Shown: piece by piece, positions 1 through 12,511 of the stretch | How positions within the stretch are numbered: position 1 is the stretch's first letter | Layout: every line of letters starts with the position of its first letter | DNA from: Octopus bimaculoides | Lineage: Eukaryota | NCBI RefSeq assembly: GCF_001194135.2 | Contig: NC_069008.1 | Coordinates: 10,767,833 to 10,831,832 of the forward strand | DNA: 64,000 bases | Direction: 5' to 3' | The notes under the pieces: model-generated | Database searches by the model: none | The model's input: only the letters and a program-made list of their open reading frames with translations | What the model was told of the DNA's origin: nothing | Translations under genes and position numbers: made by a program

Positions 1-386
1 TAACTGATGAAAGGAGTCTTCTTTCATCAGCACAATGCTCCAATACACGTCTTTGGTTTCAATAGATGCTTTGAACTGTGGCTTTGAACTTGTTGATTAC
101 CATTTGTATTCTCCTCATTTGGCCCCAGCTGAATATGATCTGTTCCTTAACATGAAAAGCACTTGACTGGGAACCAGTATCACAGTGATGATGATGTCAT
201 ATCTACCGTTCATGTCTTCTTTGACAAACTGGATGAAAGGTTCTTCACCAATGGGATCCAAGCACTGCAGCATCAATGGAAGAAGTATGTGGACCACAAA
301 GGGGAGACTATGTTGAAAAATAAACCTCATTTGGTCTCATACCAAGTGAGTATTTTGGTCAGCCTATGAACTTTTCAGCTGACCCA
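1..386 (+). mobile_element. Degenerate mariner (DD34D-type) transposase 3' end with terminal inverted repeat
   Basis: Broken frames recover the mariner C-terminus (YSPHLAPAEYDLF; GNQYHSDDDVIS...FFTNGIQALQHQWKKYVD). Ends in a TIR-like aacttttcagctgaccca followed by TA. Confidence 0.85.
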
Positions 387-432
387 TATGTGTGTGTGTT
401 TGTGTGTGTGTGTACACACACACACACACACA

Positions 433-1100
433 CACTAATTGTGACTGTATATGCTATAAGCGCATATATTGCTCGAAATAGGGGTTAAATCACTTATAGC
501 TGCGTAAAAGCACATTTGTATATTCTGACAGGGGAAGATAACTGCTTCATGAGTGAAGTGAAGCTAGAACACTAGGCTGCACAGTTTCATGCTAATGGGA
601 ACTGACAACAGTTGCCTCCATCGTTGCTTTGGACAGTTAAATTTCTCTACCAGTATATGTATTTGCCTTATATGTTTATGGCTGATTAATGAAATGCCAA
701 ATTGTATAGTATAAATTAATGTGGGCGGCTGGGTGCAATATAAACTGTATAGGCAAAATTTAATTTTCACTAAATGTGATTCTATGTGCTACAAGCACAT
801 ATATGGCTAGAAGTAAGAGTTAAACCACTTATAACTGCATAAAAGCACATTTATTGCACCCAGCTGCCCACATTAATTTTGTACTATACAATTTGGCATT
901 TCACTTAATCAGCCATAAATACATATGGGAAATATATATACTGAGAGAGGGAATTAACTATTCCATAGAAGCAATGGAGGCAATTGTCAACAATTCCCAT
1001 TAGAATGAAACTGTGCAGTCCGGTGTTCTAGCCTCACTTCAATCATGAAGCAGTTATCTTATCCTGTCAGTAAATATAAATGTGCTTTTATGCAGCTATA
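433..1100. repeat. Foldback structure: ~245-bp inverted arms (495-740 / 852-1100) plus an ~85-bp direct repeat (433-518 / 768-852)
   Basis: The reverse complement of 852-1100 aligns along 495-740 with scattered mismatches. The direct-repeat segment is visible by eye. Confidence 0.85.
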
Positions 1101-1495
1101 GAGCTGGCAAAAATGTTAGCACCTTGGGTGAAATACTTAGCGGTATTTCATCTGTCTTTACGTTCTGAGTTCAAATTCCGCCAAGGTCAACTTTGCCTTT
1201 CATCCTTTCGGGGTCGATAAATTAAGTACCAGTTATGCACTGGGGTCGATATAATCGACTTAATCCTTTCGTCTGTCCTTGTTTGTCCTGTCTATGTTTA
1301 GCCCCTTGTGGGCAATAAAGAAATAAGAAACATTAGCACGTTGGGCGAAATACTTAGTGGTATTCTGCCGTAGTTGACTTTGCCTTTCATTCTTTTGGGG
1401 TCGATGAATTAAGTACCAGTTGCATACTGGGGTCGATCTAATCGACTTCCCCCACCTCCCCCAAAATGTGCCTAGAGTAGAAAAGAATAATACAC
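1101..1495 (+). mobile_element. Two tandem copies of a tRNA-derived SINE (family B) with a Deu/Nin-like core
   Basis: Head with B-box-like gagttcaaattcc, then ctttgcctttcatcctttcggggtcgataaattaagtacc. A second, internally deleted copy starts ~1328. Older copies lie at ~16540-16870 and ~36170-36330 (-). Confidence 0.75.
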
Positions 1496-2423
1496 TAAGT
1501 CTATCAAAAATGGACAGCCTGTACATAATTACAAGGAGAATTGGAAACACATGACGGATGTTTGAATGAGTCTCTTTTTTACAAAGAGCTAAAACATGTG
1601 AAGATGAGTGGAAGTATGAACTCACTCACACAAACACATACTTACTCATGCACATGCACACACACACATGTATACAGGCATTGGTTTTCCTTTAGTTTGC
1701 CTCTACCAAATTTGCTCACAATGACCTGAGCCTATAGCACAGGGCATCAACTGTCAGTGTCCTTAGGATGCAACTGAAGCTCTGAACATATGGATGTAAA
1801 GTGAACTTCTTAACCATACAACTAGGCCTGGATGATGATGATATATATGTGTGTGTGTGTTTATATATACATATATAATAACACGATTGGGTTGAGGATC
1901 ACTACAGTTGCTTTAGACATGTTTTTAATTGATGAGTAAATCAGTTTTATCATGTAAAAAAATCTGTTTTCTTCAAGGGAATTAAAAGTAAGACTTAGTG
2001 TTTAGGATTTTTCACACAAAGTATAGAACACATATTGACTCTCTCATGTTGGTGGTGGTTGAGTGGGATACATATGTGTTTTTATGTTTGTATGTCCGTG
2101 TGTGTGTATGGATCTGTTGGATCCTGCAAATAATTATGTATGTATATGTATGTGTTGTTATTTACACCACCTGTCCTCGTCTGTTGTTGTTTTTTCGTAT
2201 ATTCTCCCATTTATATATATATATATATNNNNNNNNNNNNNNNNNNNNNNNNNNNNNNNNNNNNNNNNNNNNNNNNNNNNNNNNNNNNNNNNNNNNNNNN
2301 NNNNNNNNNNNNNNNNNNNNNNNNNNNNNNNNNNNNNNNNNNNNNNNNNNNNNNNNNNNNNNNNNNNNNNNNNNNNNNNNNNNNNNNNNNNNNNNNNNNN
2401 NNNNNNNNNNNNNNNNNNNNNNN

Positions 2424-2454
<31 letters not shown>

Positions 2455-2544
2455 CATACATACATACATATATATATATATATATCCACACATACATATA
2501 TGTATACATATATATATACATACATGCATACATACATACATGCA

Positions 2545-2577
<33 letters not shown>

Positions 2578-2610
2578 GCATGCATATATATATATATATA
2601 TATGGTATAG

Positions 2611-2701
2611 AAACTTGATGAGAAGATTGCATCTAACCATAGCAACAAACTCGGATTGAAGATAGCTGTACAGTTGTTATCTAAATTGATAAGGATGACA
2701 G
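2611..2701 (+). CDS. Weak candidate internal coding exon ([30 protein letters not shown])
   Basis: 91-nt open frame in non-repeat DNA between TAG and CAG|GTAAAC. The acceptor lacks a polypyrimidine tract and no homology is recognised. Confidence 0.2.
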
Positions 2702-2890
2702 GTAAACATTACATCATCATCACCCCCATCACCACTAACACCACTACTCACTACTACCTTCACCATCATCATCAATAGCATTGTCATTATCATCTGAATA
2801 AGAGCCTTTCAATATTGTTGATACATTCAGCATGGTTATTATTATTATTATTATTATTATTTTTTTTTTTTTTTTTTTTTTTTTTAATTA

Positions 2891-2922
<32 letters not shown>

Positions 2923-3378
2923 TTTTTCTATTATTGTTGTTATTCTTGTTAGCATCATCATCTTCATCATCACTGTTATTATCACCCATCGTTATTTTAA
3001 AAAGGAGCAAACAATTCATTGCAATCACATCAACATGCACACACTTTTTCATCCCCCCCCCCCCAGTTGTCACCATTATTGTCATCACCATCATTAAGAC
3101 CATTATCATTAACATCACCACAGCTACAAACATTGCTAACAAGCAATAGCTTGGCACCACCTTGTCATTTTAGTAAAACTGTTATTTGCTAACTACAAAT
3201 GACGACATACGTATGTGTGTATGTTTGCATTTATATGTATGTGAGTGTGTGTATGCTTGTTACCATGCAAGAACATTGAATTCCTTACTATATAGTTTGT
3301 GTCTGTACACACAGAAATACACATGCATACACACATATACTAACTATGCATACATATATATACATGTAAGTAAATGTT

Positions 3379-3425
<47 letters not shown>

Positions 3426-3650
3426 GTATGTATGTATTTGTGTATGTATGAATAAATATATACTTATAAAGCAAACTCAAAAATAAATTTGTCATGTATT
3501 ACAACAAGAAATATATTTTATTTTTTTCCTTTTCCCCAGCTATCGAAACCTTTCATGCAAATGTACCTGTATAGATACCTACATCCACATATACAGTCAA
3601 TCCCTCAAAGACATATATCAGTATGCACATATACTCTCTTATATACATAC

Positions 3651-3701
<51 letters not shown>

Positions 3702-3792
3702 AGAATAAGGGCAGAGAATCGTCAATTAATAATAGAATTAATAATTAACAATTCTGCCAAGTAGTTCAGTATGAAAAAAACCTTTATCGGTA

Positions 3793-3891
<99 letters not shown>

Positions 3892-3892
3892 A

Positions 3893-4769
3893 TACAAGGT
3901 CTGATCAATAAGTATCCAGAGTGTTGCCATAGTAACAAAGCTAAAGCACACAGAGTGAAGCTGGCAAAGACTGACCTTGAACTCTGCTGTGTATGCACAC
4001 TAAGTTTTAATGTTCTAGCTCATTTCTGCAGTTTACAGCAGTGCTTGGAAGAAAGGTGTGTTGCGTGTGATTGTCACATTGACCATGACAGAAAGTTGTC
4101 AATGCGGTACCTGCTCAGAGGCCTACACAAAGTTGTAGAAAGTGTATGGAGAGGAGTGTATAAGCTGCACACAAGTGTACAAGTGGTTCAGATGTTTCCA
4201 AGATGGCCAACAAAATGTTGATGTTGACAAATGTTCTGAGAAACCTGCAACCAGCAGGACTGAGAAAAACATCACAGATGTGCATGCAGCTGTGAGGGGA
4301 AATTGTTGAATCACTATCAATGAGTTATCAGAGGATGTGCAGATTAGTTACGGTTCAGTTCATTTTCACTGAAGATTTGAGTATCTGCCGTGTTTGTGCC
4401 AAAATTGCTTTCAGCTGACCAAAAAGACACTTGGGTTTCAGTTGTACAAGATCTCCTTGATTGAGTTGAGAATGATGAAAACTTTTAGAAAACTTTGTGT
4501 ATGCCTCTGAGCAGGTATTGCCAAGCTTTTGGCAAAATTTGATGCAGATTCTCTGCTCAACTTTCTCTGTAATGGTCAATGCAATGATCAAATGCTACAC
4601 ACCTTCCTTCCAAGTACTGCTGTAAACAACAGAATCAAGCTAGAATGTTAAAATTTAGTGCTCATGCACAGCAGAGTTCAAGGTTAATCTGTACCAGGCA
4701 GCCTCCAACTGCGTGCTTTAGCTTCATTACTATGGTAACAGTCCAAACACTTATTGATTAGATCATGTA
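3893..4769. mobile_element. Non-autonomous mariner built from two inverted 5' ends
   Basis: ~57-bp outer TIRs (tacaaggtctgatcaataag / cttattgattagatcatgta). The transposase N-terminus appears on + (~4100-4490) and again on - (EQRICIKFCQKLGNTCSEAYTK, 4355-4591). Confidence 0.85.
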
Positions 4770-5317
4770 CATACTTACATACATAAATGCATGTGTACCA
4801 GTATATGTATTTTTGTTTGTCAGTGTGTGCCTGAATGTGTGTATGAGAACTGTGAATTAATTCACATGTGTATACTTAAACATACATTCTGTTTCATTGT
4901 GCAAATAGTCCCTGTTGTTAAGTTACAGTGCTATATTTACGCAGTAAGGCTGACTGTTTTGTCAAGATTTACATATAGGTGCTTATCTATAATAATTTTT
5001 CTACACCTTCAATTATATCAGTAATATCAGGATTTTAACATCAAAACCTTCCCACTTCCATACTGCATATAGATGTATATATATATATATATGTGCATGC
5101 AGTAATAGTATAAAATAGCCACTGGAGTATTTATGTGGAGATAACACCTCACATGGACATACTGAGATTAAAGACCCAAAATAATGGAGACAAATAGAAA
5201 TTATTCCAGCAGCAACTAGGAATATTTTCTGGTGCATTTCTGTCTTCTTGAGCATTATCAGTGGTCTGTACCCACAGACAGCTACATGCTTATATGAGAT
5301 TTGTTGCCACTAATATA

Positions 5318-6212
5318 TACGAAGGGGTACTGAAAAATTCCTGACTTTAAGGGTATTATGAAAGACCTGGTTGGAGGCCCAACCTTCCAAGTTCTTTTAC
5401 AAGGCTTAGAAAAACTGAAGGACTGCTGCTGCAATAAGTTTGTGAATCTGGGAGGGAAATATCATCATCATCATCATCATCATCGTTTAACGTCCGCTTT
5501 CCATGCTAGCATGGGTTGGACGATTTGACTGAGGACTGGTGAAACCGGATGGCAACACCAGGCTCCAGTCTGATTTGGCAGAGTTTCTACAGCTGGATGC
5601 CCTTCCTAACGCCAACCACTCAGAGAGTGTAGTGGGTGCTTTTACGTGTCACCCGCACGAAAACGACCACGCTCGAAATGGTGTCTTTTATGTGCCACCC
5701 GCACNNNNNNNNNNNNNNNNNNNNNNNNNNNNNNNNNNNNNNNNNNNNNNNNNNNNNNNNNNNNNCAGGAGCCAGTCAGGCGGTACTGGCAACGGCCACG
5801 CTCAAAATGGTGCATCTCATGTGCCACCCGCACAAGAACCAGTCCAGGGGCATTGGCAACGATCTTACTTGGCTTGCCGGGTCTTCTCACGCACAGCACA
5901 TTTCCAAAGGTCTCGGTCCGTAGTCATCGCCTCAGTGAGGCCCAATGTACGAAGGTCTTGCCTCACCACCTCAGCCCAGGTCTTCCTGGGCCTACCTCTT
6001 CCACGGGTTCCCTCAACTGTTAGGGTGTGGCACTTTTTCACGCAGCTATCCTCCTCCATTCTCACCACATGTCCATACCAGCGCAATCGTCTCTCTTGCA
6101 CGCCACAACTGATGCTTCTAATGTTCAGCTTTTCTTGAATAAAATTAAAATTTCATAATTAACTGATCCTCTTGTATTTTGTTTTAACCAAAGCCAAAAA
6201 CTTCTCTTGTAT
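5318..6212. mobile_element. ~220-bp mariner-type MITE split by an RTE insertion
   Basis: 5318-5460 plus ~6135-6212 reconstruct the intact MITE seen at 17697-17916. Confidence 0.8.
5461..6135 (-). mobile_element. 5'-truncated RTE-clade LINE: ORF2 C-terminus, 3' UTR and (GAT)n tail
   Basis: QERRLRWYGHVVRME...RGRGRPRKTW...DRDLWK at 5865-6101; (CAT)n on + at 5461-5484. Confidence 0.9.
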
Positions 6213-6449
6213 AGTGTTTTTAAACTCTATATGTTGGAAAGAGATGTTATCCCTGGACACACACTGGTGTAAATGTGCCTTTCAACAATGTATTTACATT
6301 AAGTATGATGAAGGTGTGTGTGTGTGTGTGTGTATGTGTGTGTGTGTGATCATCATCACTATCGCCGTTTTCATTTACATCTCTTTTTCCATGCTGGTAT
6401 GAGTTGGATGGCTTAACAAGAACAGATGAGCCACAGGGCATGTTTATTG

Positions 6450-6945
6450 AGTATATTATATATAAGCATTACTTATTAGATATACTTCTATTTGACCATG
6501 AACTTGTATAAAAAATGTACATTTTTTTAAATATCTAGCTGTTGTTTTCTTCGGTCTGAATGTTGTATTTACGTTCATAACTCCAACAGTCCTTTTCGAA
6601 ATGTACAGCGTTCCGTATTGGTTCATTATTGAACTTCATAGTATAACATCATAAATTTGAATCATTTGCTTGGTATGATTACAGTTTCAACACCATAATG
6701 CTTAATGTCTTTTCAACTTGTTTATTTACATGTATTCATAGATCAACTATGAATGTTGTATATGAATGTTATCTATTTTAATTATCTGCCTTCTACTAAT
6801 AAGACCCTGAGGAGATGCAGTATCCCATATTTTATAATATGCATGAATCGATCTGGATATTGCATCGAAATGATCATAGGTCATAATAATAATAAAGTAT
6901 TTTCAATGGATCAGTTTTTAGCTCTTATTTAAATCGATATATATA
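6450..6945 (+). mobile_element. PLE-type pseudo-LTR fragment carrying a hammerhead and ending in (TA)n
   Basis: HHR at 6803-6882. Its tail (aataaagtattttcaatgg...cgatatata) recurs at ~28290-28375. Confidence 0.55.
6803..6882 (+). ncRNA. Minimal type-I hammerhead ribozyme motif, intact core
   Basis: Stem I GACC/GGTC; core CTGAGGA; 12-bp stem II GATGCAGTATCC/GGATATTGCATC; GAAA; palindromic stem III ATGATCAT; AUA cleavage triplet. Confidence 0.85.
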
Positions 6946-6949
6946 ATCA

Positions 6950-7380
6950 TCTTCACCATCATCTAGCGTCTGCTTTCCATGCTGGCATGGGTCAGACTGC
7001 ACCAGGTTCCAATCTGATTTGGCTTCATTTCTATGGCTGGATGCCCTTCCTAATGCTAACAACTCCAAGAGTGTAATGGGTTCTTTTTATGTGTCACAGG
7101 CATGGATGCCAGATACTTGACTCTGGCATCAGCCACAACTATGGTTTCACTTGACTTGATGGGTCTTCTCAAGCATGGCATACTGCCAAAGATCTCAGTC
7201 ACTTGTCATTGCCTCCATGAAGCCCAGCGTTCGAAGATCATGCTTCACCACCTTGTCCCATGTCTTCCTGAGTCGTCTCTTCCACAGGTTCCCTCCACAG
7301 GTTCCCTCCACAGGTTCCCTCCACAGGTTCCCTCCACAGGTTCCCTCCACAGGTTCCCTCCACAGGTTCCCTCCACAGTT
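6950..7380 (-). mobile_element. RTE 3' fragment with a 13-bp tandem repeat at its 5' truncation
   Basis: Same 3' UTR and KTWDKVVKHDLRTLG as the 5461 copy; (tccacaggttccc) about 7.5 copies at 7281-7378. Confidence 0.85.
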
Positions 7381-7386
7381 AGAGAT

Positions 7387-7424
<38 letters not shown>

Positions 7425-7722
7425 CAGAGTTATTAATGAGGGATTTTCAATCCAGGCAAAATGCTTTATAAGCTTTCTGTTAGTACATCAGGCTAACAAT
7501 ATTGTTTAGATTACTAAAGAACTCTGTGTATTCTTGTGGTAGGGTCCAAGGTTATAGTTCATCACTCTTTTATATTGTAAATCCATGGTTGTGTTCCAGT
7601 TATACGGATTTTTACACAGAGATATACAAAACAAGGCATAAATAATGATTACTGCATTTTTTTTTATTGTATTAAATTTGACTTACAACTGTTTCCAGCA
7701 GTCATTATAAGTTCATTATTAA

Positions 7723-7948
7723 ATAACTTAGCGGTTCGACAAAAGATACCGATAAAATAAGTACTAGGCTTACAAAGAATAAGTCCTTGGGTCGATTTGC
7801 TCTGACTAAAGGTGGTGCTCCAGCATGGCCGCAGTCAAATGACTGAAAGAAGTAAAAGAGTAAAAGAGTAAAAGAGTAAAAGTGTAAAGAGTAAAAGAGT
7901 AAAAGAGTAAAAGAGTAAAGAGTAAAAGAGTAAAAGAGTAAAAGAGTA
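7723..7948 (+). mobile_element. 3' half of SINE family A with expanded (GTAAAAGA)n tail
   Basis: aacttagcggttcg...ctccagcatggccgcagtcaaatgactgaaa followed by about a dozen imperfect 8-mers. Confidence 0.85.
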
Positions 7949-8198
7949 ATTGAGCCGTTGATCAGTTGAGAAAAATTGGACAACCATAAAAATTAGTGCT
8001 ACTTTTGTAAGGGTCATTCCTGGTTACAAAAAAGCAGAATGCTGAAGGAATGGCATAGGTATGGAGTGAGGGAAGGGAAGAGAGACAATTAGAATAAATG
8101 TAAGGTAAGTGGAAGAGGGATAAAGAAGAAAGGCGAAGAGGAGTTAGGATTAGGAAGAGAAGGACTGAAGTGAAGAAATATTAGAAATAAGTGCAGAA

Positions 8199-8610
8199 GG
8201 TGCAGGCTTGGCTGTGTGGTAAGAAGCTTGCTTCCCAACCACATAGTTCCAGGTTCATTTCCCCTGTGTAGTGCCTTGGGAAAGTGTCTTCTACTAACGT
8301 CCCATGCCAACCAAAGCCTTGTAAATAGATTTGGCAGGTAGAAACTGAAAGAAACCCATTGTATATGTGTGTGTGTGTGTTTTGTATTTTTGTGTGTTTG
8401 ATCCCACACACCCACCGTTTGACAACCAGTGCTGGTATGTTTACCTCCCTGTAACATAGTGTTTCAGCAAAAGAGACTGAAGCAATAAGTACCAGGCCTA
8501 AAGAAAACGGGGTCAATGCCTTTGAGTAAAAATTCTTCAAGGCAGTGCTCCAGCATGGTCTTAGTCTAATAACTGAAACAAGTAAAAGACAAAAGATTAA
8601 AGATAAAAGG
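8199..8610 (+). mobile_element. Full-length tRNA-derived SINE family A
   Basis: tRNA-like head (ggctgtgtggtaagaagcttgc...ggttcatttccc), internal (TG)n and conserved 3' half. Partial or full copies also at ~11315, 12990, 16030, 21330, 22985, 26065(-), 28485(-), 39690, 50655(-), 56425-56832(-), 61850(-) and 63720(-). Confidence 0.85.
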
Positions 8611-9140
8611 CAATGGTTGGCAGAGTCAGAAAGGTTGCGTTTCTAGGAAATGGGATACATTGTAGTAAACTTTCAGGAAAATACTTGTAGAAAGGGAGAG
8701 ACTGAAGAGTTTGCTGAGTATAGAGACTAACTCTTTAATCTATGCTGAAGGGTAGACAAAAGACACCATCAGGACTGATGGCTTTTGCATGTCATGTGTA
8801 AGTATGCAAGGAGTAGAAGGAGATAAAATTGGAGGAGATTTGCCAAGTGCATGCAGTTGTGAGCTGGTTGCAAAGCAGATGAGAAGGTGGGGGTGTACTG
8901 CTTATAGAACTAATGTTGCTATGAAATGAAGGGAAAGAAGATTTTACAAAATTGGTGGAAATCATTTTGGCAAGGAACCAAGAGGATTGGCTGCAGTTTG
9001 AAAGTTGCAATGGCTTGAGAACTGTACAGTGCACCAAGTCATTACTGGATAAATATACATCTTTGTTGGAATGGTTGTAAGTGTGTAAATATATGCACAC
9101 ATATATACGTATGTATATACATATATACATATGCATATAC

Positions 9141-9183
<43 letters not shown>

Positions 9184-9945
9184 NNNNNNNNNNNNNNNNN
9201 NNNNNNNNNNNNNNNNNNNNNNNNNNNNNNNNNNNNNNNNNNNNNNNNNNNNNNNNNNNNNNNNNNNNNNNNNNNNNNNNNNNNNNNNNNNNNNNNNNNN
9301 NNNNNNNNNNNNNNNNNNNNNNNNNNNNNNNNNNNNNNNNNNNNNNNNNNNNNNNNNNNNNNNNNNNNNNNNNNNNNNNNNNNNNNNNNNNNNNNNNNNN
9401 NNNNNNNNNNNNNNNNNNNNNNNNNNNNNNNNNNNNNNNNNNNNNNNNNNNNNNNNNNNNNNNNNNNNNNNNNNNNNNNNNNNNNNNNNNNNNNNNNNNN
9501 NNNNNNNNNNNNNNNNNNNNNNNNNNNNNNNNNNNNNNNNNNNNNNNNNNNNNNNNNNNNNNNNNNNNNNNNNNNNNNNNNNNNNNNNNNNNNNNNNNNN
9601 NNNNNNNNNNNNNNNNNNNNNNNNNNNNNNNNNNNNNNNNNNNNNNNNNNNNNNNNNNNNNNNNNNNNNNNNNNNNNNNNNNNNNNNNNNNNNNNNNNNN
9701 NNNNNNNNNNNNNNNNNNNNNNNNNNNNNNNNNNNNNNNNNNNNNNNNNNNNNNNNNNNNNNNNNNNNNNNNNNNNNNNNNNNNNNNNNNNNNNNNNNNN
9801 NNNNNNNNNNNNNNNNNNNNNNNNNNNNNATATATATGGGAGAATATACAAAAAATAACAACAGACGAGGACAGGTGGTGTAAATAACAAAAGTATATAT
9901 TAGTATGACGCTCGGGAATACGGAAATATGTGTGTCATGTATGAA

Positions 9946-9991
<46 letters not shown>

Positions 9992-10224
9992 TTCATACAT
10001 GACACACATACATGCAAGCATCATGTATACATCTACATGTAAACATGCATGTGTACACATATCCACACTTCTACAAACATATATACTTTCATACATATGC
10101 ACAGACAATTTCATGCTTACATATACACACATATACAAACAAAATCCATGCATACATATACAAATACAATCATGCATATAAAAGAATTGCCTTTGGTCAG
10201 TTCTAAAATACTTTATTGGTAATT

Positions 10225-10540
10225 TAAAGTGGGATGATAAGGGTTCCACTTGACCTGATCAATGGAACTGCTTGCTTATGAAATTATCATGCAAGTGGCT
10301 GAGCACTCCACAGACATGCATGCCCTTGACATAGTTCTCAGGGAGATTCAGCATGACACAGAATGTGACAAGGCTGGCCCTTCGAAATGCAAGTATTACT
10401 CATTTTTGTGAGCTTTGTGGACTGCAGTGATGTGAAATAAAGTGTCTTGCTCAAGGACCCAACGTGCTGCTGAGAATCAAGCTCATGACCCTATGAGCAC
10501 AAGCTGAATACTCTGGCCACTAAGCCACGCACCTTCACTT
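10225..10540 (-). mobile_element. tRNA-derived SINE family D
   Basis: The minus strand reads gtggcttagtgg (A-box-like)...gtccttgagcaagacactttatt. A second copy lies at ~18160-18455. Confidence 0.7.
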
Positions 10541-11020
10541 GCATCACAGCCCAGACGTAGCCTCAGCTGGGTTGGAATCAGAAGGGTTAAAATTCTATTC
10601 ACTAGGATTCCTTATATGTAAAACCTAAAGATTTTGATGCATAATTGCATTCCCCTCTTCATTCATTTCTGTTTCATTTCTGAAGAGGCTTGAGTCATAC
10701 TTCTCAGCCTTGTTAAAAGTAGAATCATAGCAGCAAATGTTTTGTCCTTCATATTTTATTTTTAATTTTAGAATTGATGAAATTATATTCAGCCATATCT
10801 TATATCTTCATTCAATTTTGATGGAGACTACTTATGGAAAATACTCTTTCTGATATGATGCTGCTTTGTGCCAAGCTGTAAAATCGTAATGCCTAATCTG
10901 ACATATATGCTAATCCAGGTCTCCTAGCTTTCATTTTTAAGTGTTGCTGTTTTACAATAAAATTTCTTACCTGTCAGTAGCAATTTCTTTAAGAAATATA
11001 TTATACAATCAAGTTCTTAC

Positions 11021-11087
11021 TAGTTCACACCTTGATTTCTCTGTTTCTTCAGTTTTAAATTGATCAGCCAAAGTTAAAAGGTAAGAG
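11021..11087 (-). CDS. Weak candidate internal coding exon (SYLLTLADQFKTEETEKSRCEL)
   Basis: Acceptor cattttttacag, donor CTA|GTAAGA, 67-nt open frame in unique DNA. No homology recognised. Confidence 0.25.
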
Positions 11088-11685
11088 CTGTAAAAAATGG
11101 ATGTGTGGCTTGAACAAACTCTTGGGAAATGGAATTTTAATCTTTTGAAGGTTTTCGTTATTTCTAGATATATACATAACGAGCTCTTTGAGCCTAATAG
11201 TCAGGGTGTTCAGTTCACAATTATACAGTCATGTTCCAATTCCTGCATGTGTGTATACGTGGTTTATACATGTGTATGTGTTTGTGCATGTTTATTCATT
11301 AATACTTGCATAGGTGCAGGTGTGGCTGTGTAGTAAGAAGATTGCTTCCCAACCACATAGTTCCAGGTTCAATCCCACTGCATGGCACCTTGGGCAAGTG
11401 TCTTCTACTATAGCCTCAAACTGATCAAAGCTTGGTAGATGGAAACTGAAAAGAATCCCATCATATATATGTATATATATNNNNNNNNNNNNNNNNNNNN
11501 NNNNNNNNNNNNNNNNNNNNNNNNNNNNNNNNNNNNNNNNNNNNNNNNNNNNNNNNNNNNNNNNNNNNNNNNNNNNNNNNNNNNNNNNNNNNNNNNNNNN
11601 NNNNNNNNNNNNNNNNNNNNNNNNNNNNNNNNNNNNNNNNNNNNNNNNNNNNNNNNNNNNNNNNNNNNTATATATATATATATAT

Positions 11686-11763
<78 letters not shown>

Positions 11764-11775
<12 letters not shown>

Positions 11776-12511
11776 GGTGAATAATTGAATATTAATTCAA
11801 TTTAAAACCAAGTGGCCTAGCTTATAAAAAAATCTGAAAACTCAGGAAAAATTGTATTACACATGTATAAGGGATGACCACTAGGTGGACATCCAGTATG
11901 CTAGAAAGAGGTCATCAACGACCCAACCACAAAGAAAAATAATGTTGTCTAGAAAAATTTCGCAAAAACACCAGAACAAGACAAAATGAGAAATATACAG
12001 AATAAAATGGTTTTAAATTGATTTAATATTCAATTTATCACCCTATCTATATAAATAATAATTTAAATAGTTATGTTCTCCAGCCGGCAACATATATTGC
12101 AGTGAATTATTCTCTGCAGAATTGTTTCTGGAATTTTGCGTGCCGGAGCTGAGGCATTTTGAAAATTAACCCCAATGTAATCAGTAGAACTATACGCAAG
12201 TCTTATTTTATGAAGACAATTTGTGTATAGTTCTGCAAATTATACTGATTCTAGAACGTCTATGCTGATGAGAACACGGATGTTGTTACGTNNNNNNNNN
12301 NTTGTGTATAGTTCTGCAAATTATACTGATTCTAGAACGTCTATGCTGATGAGAACACGGATGTTGTTACGTAAGTAAAACGTTAATGTTCGAAACTGCA
12401 ATACATAAATAATTCTTTATTCTGTATATTTCTCATTTTGTCCTGTTCTGGTGCTTTTGCAAAATTTTTCTGGAGAACGTTATTTTTCTTTGTGGTTGGG
12501 TCGTTGATGAC
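11764..12511. mobile_element. Non-autonomous PLE-like repeat with inverted/permuted copies and a hammerhead
   Basis: Antisense partial unit at 11764-12020 abuts a sense unit from ~12021. HHR at 12342-12407. The same family occurs at 31750-32620. Confidence 0.7.
12342..12407 (+). ncRNA. Minimal type-I hammerhead motif with one stem III mismatch
   Basis: TATG-CTGATGA-GAACA...TGTTC-GAAA-CTGCAA-TA-CATA. Confidence 0.7.

Noticed and set aside
7281-7948. Tandem 13-bp and 8-bp arrays as possible CRISPR-like loci
   Set aside because: No spacers, eukaryotic context, and both are explained as retroelement-derived repeats.
12221-12372. Exact 71-bp direct duplication containing half a hammerhead
   Set aside because: The identical copies flank a 10-N gap; most likely an unmerged contig overlap.
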